From the NCBI RefSeq assembly GCF_040938485.1, contig NW_027271081.1:4588001-4652000 (forward strand): a DNA stretch of 64,000 nt, in the 5' to 3' direction. The first letter of the stretch is position 1. Each line of letters starts with the position of its first letter. The notes below the pieces were generated by a model. It searched no databases, was not told the origin of the DNA, and saw only the letters and a program-made list of their open reading frames with translations. Position numbers and translations under genes: made by a program. The DNA is from Diadema antillarum. Taxonomy: Eukaryota. Positions 51,093-64,000 of the stretch are shown piece by piece.

Positions 51093-54000
51093 TTCATGAT
51101 TCACTGCAGGCTTCTAAAGGTTAAAGTCGAAGTTCCAAGTTGGTCTCAAAGATATGACGTAGCGCAAAGAATATAACATCTTAATGCTTCATCGCTGGAA
51201 GGAAGGCGCAGCGAATTTCCAATTCTGTCATCTCGTTGCCATGGTTACACATCCTCCCGAAATATCTAACTAGCTTCCGGAGATGCGGCGTAAGAAGAGA
51301 TCATAATTGTAACGCCGTACTAAAATATGCACGCGTTTAGTCATCCTTGTATCTTCTCGAGCCCTCTCATCTGCGTGGGCGATGTTTCCTTGGCAATGCA
51401 AAGACCCCAATCCTCCCTCTTTCGGCGGGAGATCTCACGCTTTGAGGCCTTTATCACAAATTTTCCTGTTCTCCCACTTGAGTTTGAATTCTCCCAGTCT
51501 ATAGGTGTGTTTCTCCTGCTTAAGATGTATTTCTCCCTTTAAGCTTAGTTTTCTCCCACCCAACTTCAGTTTTGTCATATATTTTCAAAAATAAAGCTAA
51601 GATAGCACGTACCAGAGAGCATCAACCCAGTACATATCATCAAACCCTTGAGCTGGATCTGGGTCGCAAGGGACGTTGTGCTTTGCGCACCTGAAATTTC
51701 GCGAATTATGATCCAAATCTCCAGTTGAAGAAATCTCCACATTTAATTAATGCTTGGGGCCCCGTTTGGGGTTGGAGTCTCTGGAAAATGTTAGCACATT
51801 TAGGACAGTAATGTTTGTTACACTGAAGAGCGCCTACAAAATATGGTTCAATATAGACTATAATGGCTTCCCCAGCATACATTCTAACTGTGGTATCTAT
51901 ACAGTAGCCTACTGGTCGTCTGTATGACCAAAAGCACACAGGCGCGTCGCTGTCCAACCAGGGAGGTAAGACCTCCCTGGTCCAACCGAGCGAAACTCCT
52001 TTCATTGCGATCAGCTGTCCGCATAACCGGTTAAAGGTCGATATTATTATGCATTGTACATTGCAGCCAGCGCTACACAAATTGGATGCAAGGCGGAAAA
52101 TCTACTTCTACCTCGTAGTTAAGCCGACAAAACAACAACCATCATAAAACATGGACCAGCTTTTATACCATCTATAGGCCTCCCTCAGAAGTCAGAACTG
52201 AGTGCCAGTAAAAAGGCTTCTCACATCATTTAACTTATAACACAGGGACGCGCTACACACACATTGCACACACATACAAACACATCCACACCCATTCAAC
52301 TTTCACAAACATTATACAGACATTCACATGTCGAAACAGTTATATAGTCTAAATCACGCTTCTCTCACTAATCTCTTCTCTACGGGTCATCTCTAACAAA
52401 GTTGAAATATGTACCCAGCTGAACCTTTTAAGATTTACAAAGGCATAATGTTAAATCCAGCTTTGTACAAATTATAGATTCATTTTCTCCGTCTTTCTAG
52501 TAAAGAATGTAAAGCTAGATTCAGCGCGCCTTGAACGTTTAAATTGTAAGTCCATACCTGCAGCACTGCCAATGTCAACATTAAAATGCTAAAACTTGAA
52601 AAGCAAAATAATTCTTCACCATTTCCATGTACAATGTATTCAAAGTAGATGAAATTTTTTGCATTATAGAATATGGTCACTATAATTGTTATATTTCTCG
52701 TAATGCTAAACGAAGTTACAATGGCATCCTGTGTTAGCAAAGAGTTAAATTCGTGATGTAAAATGTTCTGTGAAGTCAGTAAAGATGTAACTCAAACGTT
52801 TTACTTTTTTTCTGAGTTCAAGGTCGAGAGAAATGTGATATAGAGATAGGAAATTTGATAATCATTGATTGCATTCATAAACCACCTAGCTTTTGATGTG
52901 ATTCGTAAACCATCTGTTCCGTCCACTGTGAAAATCATGGGAAGGGGATAAAACAACTTTCGGCACACGACGCATCAAATGATTTTACTACAACACCCTG
53001 TGTTGTTTATACCCGCAAATGGATGCAACGGCCGTTCTCACTCATAGCAGTGTGAAACGAGAAACATATTTGCAGAGAGAGAGAGAGAGAAAGAGAGAGG
53101 AGGGGGGGGGGAGAGAAAAGAAAACACTTTTCATGCGCAGTACGGTATATCAGTATACGTCCACTTACCTCTCACGTTTGGTGAAAAGCCAAGATGCGCA
53201 GGATCACAAAGAACGGAGCGAAACAAGGCTAATAATGGAAGACACAAATGATTTTTAAGAAGATTGGTAGTCCTATAGCTGATACCCAGTCTCAGTATTA
53301 CCTTCACAGTTTCATCATCCGCCCCAGAAAATTTACAGTTTGATCAGCTCCGCCACCCGAATGATCGGTAAACCAACTCGTGTTTGCCAACATCTAAATA
53401 AACTTACCCCTTGAAAGTTGCGCGCTATAGTTTTCATTCCGGTCTGGTCTGTTGAACTCAATCAGATCGAATCTGAAATGCTCAATACTTTTGAACCATG
53501 TTAATAATCATAATTATGGAACACTTACCTTATATGTGGAAATCAAAAGGTTAATCCGAATCATCACCTTTCCGATCATAAGCCTCATTTTTTCTTTAAC
53601 AGTTTGGCATAATATTATTTGGCTTGACTCGGCTTGACTCAAAAATATTTCGTGCAGACGGTATTGGGTATAGTGAATCGCCCGTGAGATGACAAAACTG
53701 CTCTCAAGAGCTCTGATTTAAAAAAAAAAATGACTTTCGTATATAGCTTAAAAATCAGCGTTAAGTTTAAAAGCCGCGATATAATGTCTTGATGTCATGA
53801 TGACAAGCATATTAACCTCAGATCGAACGTTAATGATGGGCATATAGAGCTACATGTATATACTTACCAAGTAAAAACTGTGTGTCAGGTTCAGAGCAAC
53901 GACAGCGGCATCAACATCACACGAAGAACTGTCGGAGAGAGAGAGAGACCAGAGCAGACGCAAATGGAAAAAATGGCTGCCACAAGATGTCAGAGGCAAA

Positions 54001-56817
54001 TCGATGGAATTGTTGCGATGAAAAGTTGACGCTGATTACAGCGTTTGATTAAACTGGGGTCTGAGAATCTTTGGTGTGAATCAGCGACGAATCTTAGGTC
54101 ATGTCTGTTATTTGGTACAAAATTGGACACGATTTTAGCAGGGAGGATTGTGAAGGTGACCGTTAGGGAGATTTTATAACGAATCTCAAATCGATCACAA
54201 CACGCAAGCAGCCGACATGAAGATCATTCCGCGGTTTCACTCGGGAAAGAAAAGCAACTACATTGTAGATGTGCACGCACCCGGTACCCAATCACGTTGG
54301 CTCTGGTGTGCGAAGCAACAGACAGCTGCAATGGGGGCACCGGTCAGAACCGGTGTAGAGTATAAAATTAACATAAATTATTAGTTTCATGCTATTGCGC
54401 GCAGGCGCAGTGTTAACGTCGCCAGAGGCTTGGCTGGGGTTGATAATCAGATGCATGTGGAAGTCCACCTGCGTTTGTGGTAGAAGGACGCTTTCGCGTA
54501 TAGTCTAGTAAAAGGCGTCAACTGACATAGTGAAATACAGATTGTACGTGTACTGTTTATTTCATTGGGGTGGCGCAAGCATGACTTTCGTATTCCTTTA
54601 CAGCGTGTCATGAGAAACTATAACGGTTCCGGATTGCTATGAATCACAACCAACACAAAAAATTTGAAATGTTTATGATATTCGATCCCATACAATCCCG
54701 GCTAGTTAATTTTGCCTCGGGGAGAATTAAACGGCCGCGGACTGTCCTTGAACAAGGACTATCCCTTTCAACATTTTGCAGAGGCTGCCGCTTATGTTCT
54801 CTCTCAACAAGGCGAAATATATATAGTATACATGTACCTTTGTCACGTACCTACCATATTCAGTCGGAAATCTTGCATACATTCAAACTCTGTTCAATTA
54901 ATCATTCGAAGGCACACCCAACGCTTTTCTTACATGAACTTAATAATTATATATCTTGCCTTATGTGGCGAGAGGGAAACCGAGACTGAATCGTTTATTT
55001 AGCTCGAGTCGTAATATACTTCCTTTATTTACTGAGCATTCAAACCAAATATTAACTTTTTTAAAGAGCGCCATCGAAATCAAACTGGTCATGATGGCGG
55101 TTTCCTGTATTTTCTAATTATCATTTAACGACAAGATGATACATGGATATGTTAATTAGATAATTTCTGAGGCATGTAATTATTACATTGGTTAAGATGT
55201 TCTCCTAAACTGTAATGAATTATACGTTGCACCTTGCAGGTCCCTTATACTAGTATTAAGTTATGTGTCTACAGTATGTTATATTATTTAAGTATCATGT
55301 TCTGTTTGGGTTTTGTGTGTGTGTGTGTGTGTGTGTCTAACAAAATACAGGAATTGAAAAATATAAATATATATTACCATGTACAAAACCCATACAAGCC
55401 AAACAAACCCAAACCAGATTGATTCTCGGCGACGAAAGTACGGTGCAGATAAATACGGATGTACAACTGGCTGCTGGCCATCTTCGGAAATAATATGTTC
55501 ATTCACGCGCGTAATTGCCCCTACAGATTGCATAACGCAAACTTCGTATGATTGCACTTTTCAGGCTATGAGGTTCTCATAACTTTAACCGTGAACCCCA
55601 CGCTGTGCTCCACTCTCTTTCGGGAACTATACATTAGCTGATTCTACATCATGTACATTGTACGTCTTATACGACACATGGACTCCAGCATAATTAAACA
55701 AAGATGAATAAAATTTTCTTTACCAAGCCTATGGGTGAGAACAGTAAACAATATGTCAATGAAAGAATAGCTGGGAGGAAGTCAGAGATAAATGTTTTGC
55801 TTTCCATTCATGGGATTCTGATATTGCATACAAGTATTTCAATGTGGTACGAGAAAGTACTCCGCTTTGTAATGATATCGTGATGCTCTATTGATAGGAA
55901 ACAAAAAAGATTTATACATAAATGTACATGTATGTTGTACAAGTATTCGACATCAGGCCGCTACCAAAAACACCTTATCGTGCAAACATGCGTGGGAAAC
56001 GTTGAAATGTCACCTGGTTCACATCTCGTGTTCACCTGAATAAAACTTTTGCCGCTCCTTTTGTTTAATGTGATTGAAGTCGTCTTCATCGTAACAGGTA
56101 GGGGATTACACTTTGTGTGAAGAGGTATCCTACACACCTAATTGGTCATCAAACTGAAACTTCTATCGAATTTTATCGCAGACAGAAATGTTACTTGTGT
56201 GAGTACAGCAATTTCTTACAGTGTTCTGTGCAATTTCATTTGCTGTTTATACGACTTTACTGATGCAGATGGTTGCTTGCCGAATTCCTGTAAATGTTTT
56301 CAAGCATTTTCTTTTTATTAGCAAAATCAATTTGATTTTCGCCCAGTAATTATTTGCACAATGCGAATTGTGCGCTTTTTAGTTCCTCTTTCCACGCCAT
56401 TGCCTTGACAGATCTGGTACTTTTCTTTCCGAAATCAAAACAGAAAGAAATATAGAAAGAGAGAGAGAACGTAAATGTTTTTATATAGGGGCAACATCGT
56501 GGAGAATAATAGAGAGGAGAAAATAGACTCATGATGACCCCTTTGCACTTATTCTTTTGTTGTCGGGCAGACGCTATTGTAAACTGGTTTTCTCTGGTTT
56601 TCCTCCGTCCACATCAATGCATGTACAGTGGTTGATGACTATAAGGTAGCTTGTTCGTCGCGACGTGAGTTGAGACAAGATTTCGTCATTCGACCACAGG
56701 TACTGCATGTTTATCCACCGAGGGCGCTCCACCCAACCGAAACGCAGATGACATGTAGGCCAATACTTCGAATGATGATATCGTTCAACGTGAATTATTA
56801 CACAGCTTTAATCGTAA

Positions 56818-57365
56818 GGGCTTTTACACTTGTGTTTCTTAACCCCGGACTTTCTCTGACCCAGGACTATCGTTAGTCCCGTACCAATTTTTTCAGCTTT
56901 TTACACTCGCCAATTAGTCCCGTACTATCTCTTGTCCGGGGCTAAGGAGAAAACTGACCTTTTTACACTCGTATTTCTTAGCCCCGGACTTTCCAAACCA
57001 CATGAATATTCATAATTACGCTGTGTACTGTACACGTACACGCACGCACCGGCAGCACTTGATTACCTCGTTTCTGATTGGTCAGTGAGGGTCGGACTTC
57101 GTCTCCGTCGCTTAGCCCAGGATTATTTTTTCGTTCTGTTTACACTCACTTGCTTGGCACCGCAATTGCGGTGCTAACCCCTGCTATTTTGCAGGGCCAG
57201 ATAGTACCGTACTATCGGTGGGGCTAGCCCACTTTGGCAAAAACGAGTGTAAACAGAAAGTGGGCTAAGGATAGTCCCGTACCAACGGTGGGGCTAAGGC
57301 CCCCCCCCCCCTTAGCCCCACCGTTGGTCCGGGGCTAAGCAAAAATTTACAAGTGTAAAAAGCCC
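56818..57365. mobile_element. MITE, Harbinger-like
   Basis: taa|gggcttttacacttg...caagtgtaaaaagccc|tat, with internal ttagccc and tagtcccgtac repeats. Confidence 0.85.
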
Positions 57366-59129
57366 TATAGAGATGCATTATAACAACTTTAATCTGCATA
57401 GTACAGTATACAGGTTCAGACTACGCAGGTTTACTTTCATTCCGATCTCTGTCTCACTGCAATTCCTTTCTTTCGCTCAGTTGATTTTTATGTTGCTCCT
57501 TATATCCTTCCTCGCGTTTCCTTCTCAAATTCTCCCATTAATTATGTCTCTTTGCATCTTTATTTATTTTCTTGTCCTTTTTGTGTGCCATAGCAATTTG
57601 CCTCCTATACGTCTGTCACAACATATAATTCAGTGCAGGTGTATAATACGCATTTGAAAAAGTCACTGACCGTAAGTTCACAATACACTCAAAACAGAAT
57701 CCAAAGCGGTCACAGGCGGATTCGAACGATTTTAGAAAGGGCTTCCACTCTTTTTCTACCTAAGTTCCTCTAGTTGTGACAAGCGCTGCCACTTCTTATA
57801 AATACAATGTTTTTACCTGCAAGAATAACGCGAAATTGTTATCACAGAATTCTAGTATGCGAATAATGTGACAGTCTTGGAGTGTCTGCTATCGATAACA
57901 TGAGCGAGAAAGGCGATGGCGGCGGCGACGACGACGACAACAACAACAACACATTCACCCCAGCAAAGACGTTTGTAGGCCTATGGATGTACTTCTGGTG
58001 CAATCATTCTCTCTCAAGGACAACCAGGGAACTTGGCAATGCCGGCAAGGAAAAAAAAACCTGACAAGACATACCGATTAAACAGAAAAAGTGAAATAGG
58101 ATCTTGACGTCACGCGTTTATGGCTGAAATTCAATGTCTACGTAGTAATTACAAACCTGAAAAACGGTGTTGGTGGTTTTGGGATCTTAAATCATTGAAT
58201 ATAACAACAACTCATGAAGGGGGATAAGATATGATGAATGGGTGCAAGTCACGAGCTCACGTAAAATGTTTCACAAAATGATGGATACTTTGCTCCTTTT
58301 CTTTTGTTCTTCCGCTCTAAGCCTAGAACGAGGCAGCCCAAACAATTACTGTTTCCCTTTATAGAATAAGTGTGGCGTAAGTCTACTTTTATTGTTCATA
58401 CAAGCGTTTTCACTGTTATCAGCAATATGTATCACTATAATCATCTTCATCATTGACTAAAATCATCATTCAGGTCACGTCATGAGTGACGTTTGAAACG
58501 GTGGCAGAATTGCAAAAAGGTACATTGTCTATCATATAAGTCAAAGGGGGAAATAGATTGTAAATTAAAGATTCCTCAAAGTGATTTACGGCCATCTTGT
58601 CAAAATATGATGTCACCGTTTGATAAGATGGTGGGATGATAAACCGTATGACGCGCATTTTCTTAAAGGACATTCTAGAACCAAAATCATACAACAAGGC
58701 ATGTTTTTAATCGCGGAGGAGACACGCAAAGATAATGAACCACTTCAGTAACCCTCGGTGTGCTTTAAGTGCGCATTGATGACACCAAAAACCTCATAAC
58801 ATTGTACCCATTATCCAAAGTCCCTCCAACAGTAATGGTCAATTTTTTATTTCTCAATGCAAGACAGATTTTATAAAGTCTGATGAAAAAGGGTGAAGAT
58901 CCACTACAAAGAAAGAAAGAAATAACAATGTCAAATACAATGCGAAGAATGGTGATGATTACCCAGTGACCTAAATCAACAAAGTTGCCAAATACAATAC
59001 GACGCCTCTTGATTAAAAGACGTACGCTTTCAAACGAAATTCAACAAACATGCCACAAATACCTCTGGTTGATATTATGAATACCTGAATATAGGAAAGG
59101 TCCGAGTCCATATAAGAGAAAATTTCGAG

Positions 59130-59590
59130 AAAATTCAATTCAATTCAATTCAAAGGTTTCATTTTCACTTCTTTCAACAGAATGTACAAAAAAATATAGA
59201 TTCGGCATGCGTTTGAAGGAATGATACATAGATAGCAAAGAATAACATTTGTCAATAATCATTACAAAATTAGGCATTTTTCATACAGACATATTTATAC
59301 ATTGTGCGAAAAAAAGTGGAGGTACCCACTTAAAAGACTATGCATGTACAACGTGGGCACCTCACAAGAGGAAAAAAAAGTAAAAACTTAACTACAAGTG
59401 TGCGGGATGAAAAAAGAAGTGGAAAGGGGAAAAGGGAAGAAGTAGAAATACAAGTAAAGAGACGAGACAACTAAGAACAAAAAGCCTAGATCAATCGGTA
59501 CATTCAAGATCAAACCAACAGAGACTATCAGCCATATTAGAAGTGTAGAGCGTTGAAAGTGACGAGAAAGTGATATATACAATTGTATGG
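59130..59590 (-). mobile_element. 3' end of an L2/Crack LINE
   Basis: (ttgaa)n tail and terminal stem-loop gaggtacccac...gtgggcacctc. Confidence 0.6.
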
Positions 59591-60833
59591 AATTGCTGAT
59601 AGCAAAAAATAGACAAAGATACCAAATAACATTGTCATATTTTTATTTTCAGTTATAGGAATGCTATGATAACAAATTGAAATGTAACACAGTCACGTGA
59701 ATGACTATTTACATTTTGATTACATACTTAAGAATGGTTTTCCAAGTATGATAGCCAAATTTGAAAGACATTCTTATATTTAAATGTTCATATGATAATA
59801 AGTATTGCTCCTGCCACAATATTGATCCGGTTTTATTTTCTCCAAAGACATAGGGTTAGAGCTGTAATAGGGTTTTAGGTTTAGTTTGATGTGAGGATTA
59901 GGATTAGGGTTTGGGTGACGTTTGTTGGTATGTTTGGCTAACTCGTGCAAACAGTTATGAGAGCAATAATCATTGCAGGAGCAAATGACATAATATAGAA
60001 CCTTAAATGCATACATTTTTAAATGATATTCTTTATTGAATGCCATTCAACGTCAGGCTCATTTTCACAATAATACTAATTCAAACAAGAATAAACCATT
60101 TTTGGTTGGGTATATACAGTTATGTTTTGCATTAGTGGGTATTCTCGCATGTACGACCCTTTATAGTATGTTTGTTAGTAAGAAGTTATCTAAATATTTG
60201 AAAAAAGCATAAAAAACACAGATAAGTGTTTAAATTGTTTGTATCAAAGAAATGTTTTTGTGTTGAAGTAATAACTTTTTAATTCATTTATCCTCTGTAA
60301 AATTATGTTGCCTCGAGAAATCAATAAATTCTATCATTTGAAAAAAAAGAATAAGCAGCTGTTCTTCTCACTTGTGTTGCGGAATAGTAGGTAAATGCAC
60401 ACACACACACACTTTTTTTTTGTTTTCAGTGATCTTTTTATTAATTCCATTTCCTTTGAGAATATAACAATTCAAAAAAAAATTACACACATTCTACATA
60501 ACATCTGTCATAAATCATGTAGATATTCCTACAGTTATGAGACATAATCCATAATCCATAAAACAAGAATAATCATTCAATTCATTTTAACGCAGATATC
60601 AAACAGAAGAGAGGAAATAGAATGAATTATCCGATCATTCCTTTTTAACTACAAAACAAACAAGCAGAATCCATACATGCAATTGTGAGCAATTTAGCCA
60701 AACACTAAAAAAACAGGAAATGAAATTTCTATTATATCAAAAGAACGATGACAACAACAACATAAACCACCCTCATTCCCACCTTTCCACCATACCCATG
60801 CAACCCTCAACTACTCATAACTTTAAACTTTAA

Positions 60834-60868
<35 letters not shown>

Positions 60869-61604
60869 TACACACATAATCAAATTATATACACACTTGT
60901 GTCTTAGTGTGTGTAGGTATTTGGGTATGTGTCTTGAAGACAACTGACTGCATACACTTTGTATCTCCTTCTGACAAAGATGATGAAGAAGAAAAAACAA
61001 AAACAACCCTGTCATTGTTATCAGCGATTATATCGAGTATAGGCCTAAAGCTGACCGATTGCATATTATGGAAGGGCATGGCTTTGCAGCAACTCAGTTG
61101 GGAGTCCGGACATTAATTGACAGATGGTGATGTCATGAGCAACAGGTGACTCACGGGGTCAAGTTCAGCCTCAGACACAATCCCCGCGGCGCGACTTCCA
61201 TCTCTCTCTGAGGGAGAGGCAGAAATTTGGGTGCGAATGTGGGGAGACATTGACACTATCTCGCCAAGAGAGGGCGTCGGGATTTAACTTTCGAGACCCT
61301 ACTCGGCAACGATTAATCAACTTGCCCTGATGTGCTCGTTCCTGTCCTAACCATGAGCAAGATAACTTTCCCAAAAATGCTATTCCTCCACTGTAACGTT
61401 GAGAGATTCAACCCTGTGTGCTGTACCGCAGTGATGAACATTAACACGTGACGCGAAGTGTTCTTCAAGTACATGTGTAACATAATGCAGGTTTACACGA
61501 ACTTTTTGCCTCGCAATGATCAACTTGTAAGTTCATAGTCTCCTTCCCAGGCTCTTTCTCATATCAGAGAAAAGCGCAATCTGTTGTCCAAAGGCAAGGG
61601 TTTT

Positions 61605-62790
61605 TTTTTATTTGACTTGATTTGATTTGATTTATTTCTGCTTAATTCCGTTACATCAGATATGATTATGTACATGTCATTTATGACAAACAGTATATCG
61701 ACACATAGTTTTTAGTACAATAGATACAAGACAAATACAAACAGCTTATGGAACTTCAACAGAAGGGTCTCCAAAATAAGCCGAGGCTTGACGGTATGGA
61801 GACTATATGCTTACCTACTCTGGATAGAATAGGGAATAGAGAAAGAGAGAAATAGGGAAGGGTAGGGGGGTAGTTAAAGAGTGTATGTGTACCACTCCAA
61901 CTACTTTATGATGATAGGAATGATGATAAATACAATATGATAATGATATTAAAGTTAACACGTTCAGTTGCCTGTGCCGGAGTAATAACCGAATATTCAC
62001 TATGAAAATAATAATATGTGAATACACAGTATCCTATACAAATCTGATATGGAATGAAATATATCGTGCATATTTTATGTACGCAGTATATGGTAAGGCA
62101 CATCGTACACATACATCATTATACATGCTCGTCGATATACATGATGTACCTATCCTATACATACATATATATTCATATTCATAATATGGATAGATAAATA
62201 AATCGATATACATTGTATGTATGCACACATACATGCATCATGTACCACGTGCATATTCATATACATTTGATTATTGATACAATAAAAGAATCAGAATGTT
62301 ATCCTGGGGAATACTGCTTAAGGAGGTGAAGTTTTACAGCCTTCTTAAATGAATACATAATGGTCATGTTTTTGATTTCGATGGGAAGGGAATTCCAAGT
62401 GTCAGGGCCGGAGTGTCTGATAGAATGATGCGCGAGTGCGGTTTTGGGGTTAAATAAATGTAAATTTGTGGATTGTCTGGTTGGATGAGAGTGAATCTCT
62501 GAATTTGACCGAAATATTCTGTTAAATATCGGAGGCAAGAGGTTTGACTTGAGACAAAACATAAATACAGCTTTTTGGAGAAAATTTATTTCATTTATCT
62601 TAAGGGATTTAAGCTGGAAAAACAGTGGGTCGGTGTGATCTCGAGAGCGTGCTCGACTGCACACTCGAATTGCTTTTTTTTCTGTAGGAGAAGTATACGG
62701 TCTGTGTTACATTTGTGGGTTGCCCAGATAATGTTGCAATACGATATATATGATAAGATTAAGGCATTATGCAGGGTAAACAATACATGA
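61605..62790 (-). pseudogene. 5'-truncated L2/Crack LINE: ORF2 C-terminus, 3' UTR and tail
   Basis: LILSYISYCNIIW..RILLLQKK and HTDPLFFQLKSLKI...HPTRQSTNLHL...SIRHSGPDTWNSLP...FKK are characteristic ORF2 C-terminal motifs. (aaatc)n tail at ~61605-61640. Confidence 0.85.
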
Positions 62791-62813
62791 GTTGGTAAAA
62801 AATACTGAAGCTT

Positions 62814-62850
<37 letters not shown>

Positions 62851-63149
62851 TCTGCCTCATGAAATTCCACGTCATGCTTCGAAATTAAAGAACCCTTGTC
62901 CAATAACATACTCCAACCTACATGATGTCCACATAAACACCCGATTCACACAGTGTATCAAAGTATCGAAATGTATATTTTTGGGTTCCCTTCAAAGCAT
63001 TACATGATCGTGTGTTTTCTACCAAAATTAGAACTGATGAATGGGTGTTTGATACATAAAACCGTTCCGGAATTGCACTGAATCGATTTTTTCCTTTCTC
63101 TCTCCTTTTGTGCATGTTTGTTGTGTGGTTGATTGTTGGTGATCAGGTT

Positions 63150-63171
63150 CTGTGTTTGTGTGTGTATGTGT

Positions 63172-63214
<43 letters not shown>

Positions 63215-63218
63215 TGTG
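63150..63218. repeat. (TG)n microsatellite; others at ~3040-3072, 12955-12990, 17170-17200, 51020-51056, 55315-55336, 60835-60875 and 62818-62847
   Basis: Direct inspection. Confidence 0.95.
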
Positions 63219-64000
63219 TTTTGTTTGTTTTGTTTTTTATTGTTCCATATTCCACATTTCAACAAATACATAAAACATAAACATCACAATACAAAAGCCT
63301 GGATGAATTGTCACGTACAGCTTATAAGACAATAAAACATGTGAAATATGAGGAATCTACATAGAATCTACATAGAATCTACATCTACACATGTGTGTGC
63401 TTATATGCGCTTGTATCTGTGCTGGAGTGAGGTATACCTGGAGTGTGCCTATATATAGAGGGGGAAGTGCTGATGAGGTGATTCGGGTGAGCGATGGAGG
63501 GGTAATGTTTTATAGGTATGGATTATGTACAGACATTGATCATGTACGTTTGTAAAGCTTTTGTGTGTATGTGTGTACATAGGTATGTAGGCTTTTTGTT
63601 GACCCCTTAACAATAATTGATTTCATTATCTAATAATTACTGCTGTGACGAGTATATGAACGCAGTTAATGGGTATATTTGGTATTGTGTATTGTACATA
63701 CATATTGGTTTTGCTGACCCATTATCAAAAATTGATTTCATAATTATTGCGGGGATGACTATATTTGTGAAGCAGTTACTGTATATTATTTGTGTGTAGT
63801 AGAATAATCAGAAATTGACACAATGACAGTCCTAATTACTTTGTAATATTTTGTAATATGTTTGAAACGTCACGCAGCTAGCAACAACAACTGAATGTTC
63901 ATTGTAATCAAGGATGGATGATGGAATCGAAATAAAATACTAATTGAAACAAAAACACCGCACACGCTAATACATACATACACACACACACACACCCACA

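Noticed and set aside
57882-58064. MSEKGDGGGDDDDNNNN ORF as the start of a gene
   Set aside because: Explained by trinucleotide microsatellites; no domain or linked exons.
2867-63799. The remaining short ORF-track entries of 60-180 aa
   Set aside because: Low-complexity, microsatellite- or MITE-derived translations with no recognisable domains or splice-consistent partners.

Overview
Eukaryotic, AT-rich and repeat-dense genomic DNA with spliceosomal introns. The repeat families suggest an invertebrate deuterostome, probably a sea-urchin-like echinoderm (inference). Host genes: two paralogous single-coding-exon TRIM E3 ligases on + (RING, B-box2, coiled coil; 13473-14624 and 21141-22331), and a six-coding-exon SLC16-family MFS transporter on - (42486 to 32586, 582 aa after splicing). 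Mobile DNA: an open L2/Crack-type LINE ORF2 running off the left edge, an intact LINE ORF1 4.8 kb upstream on the same strand, an internally deleted DD41D Tc1/mariner with long TIRs, a ~1-kb foldback, many MITEs (TTAA-, TA- and CWG-flanked), LINE 3' ends, SINE fragments, microsatellites and one assembly gap. I found no rRNA, tRNA, CRISPR or prokaryotic system. Best leads: (i) the LINE architecture with a very long inter-ORF spacer; (ii) the TRIM pair, each with a position-conserved NF-kB-type site but diverged C-termini (membrane anchor versus apparent frameshift); (iii) an MCT8/MCT10-like transporter with altered charged residues. All alignments and counts were done by eye.
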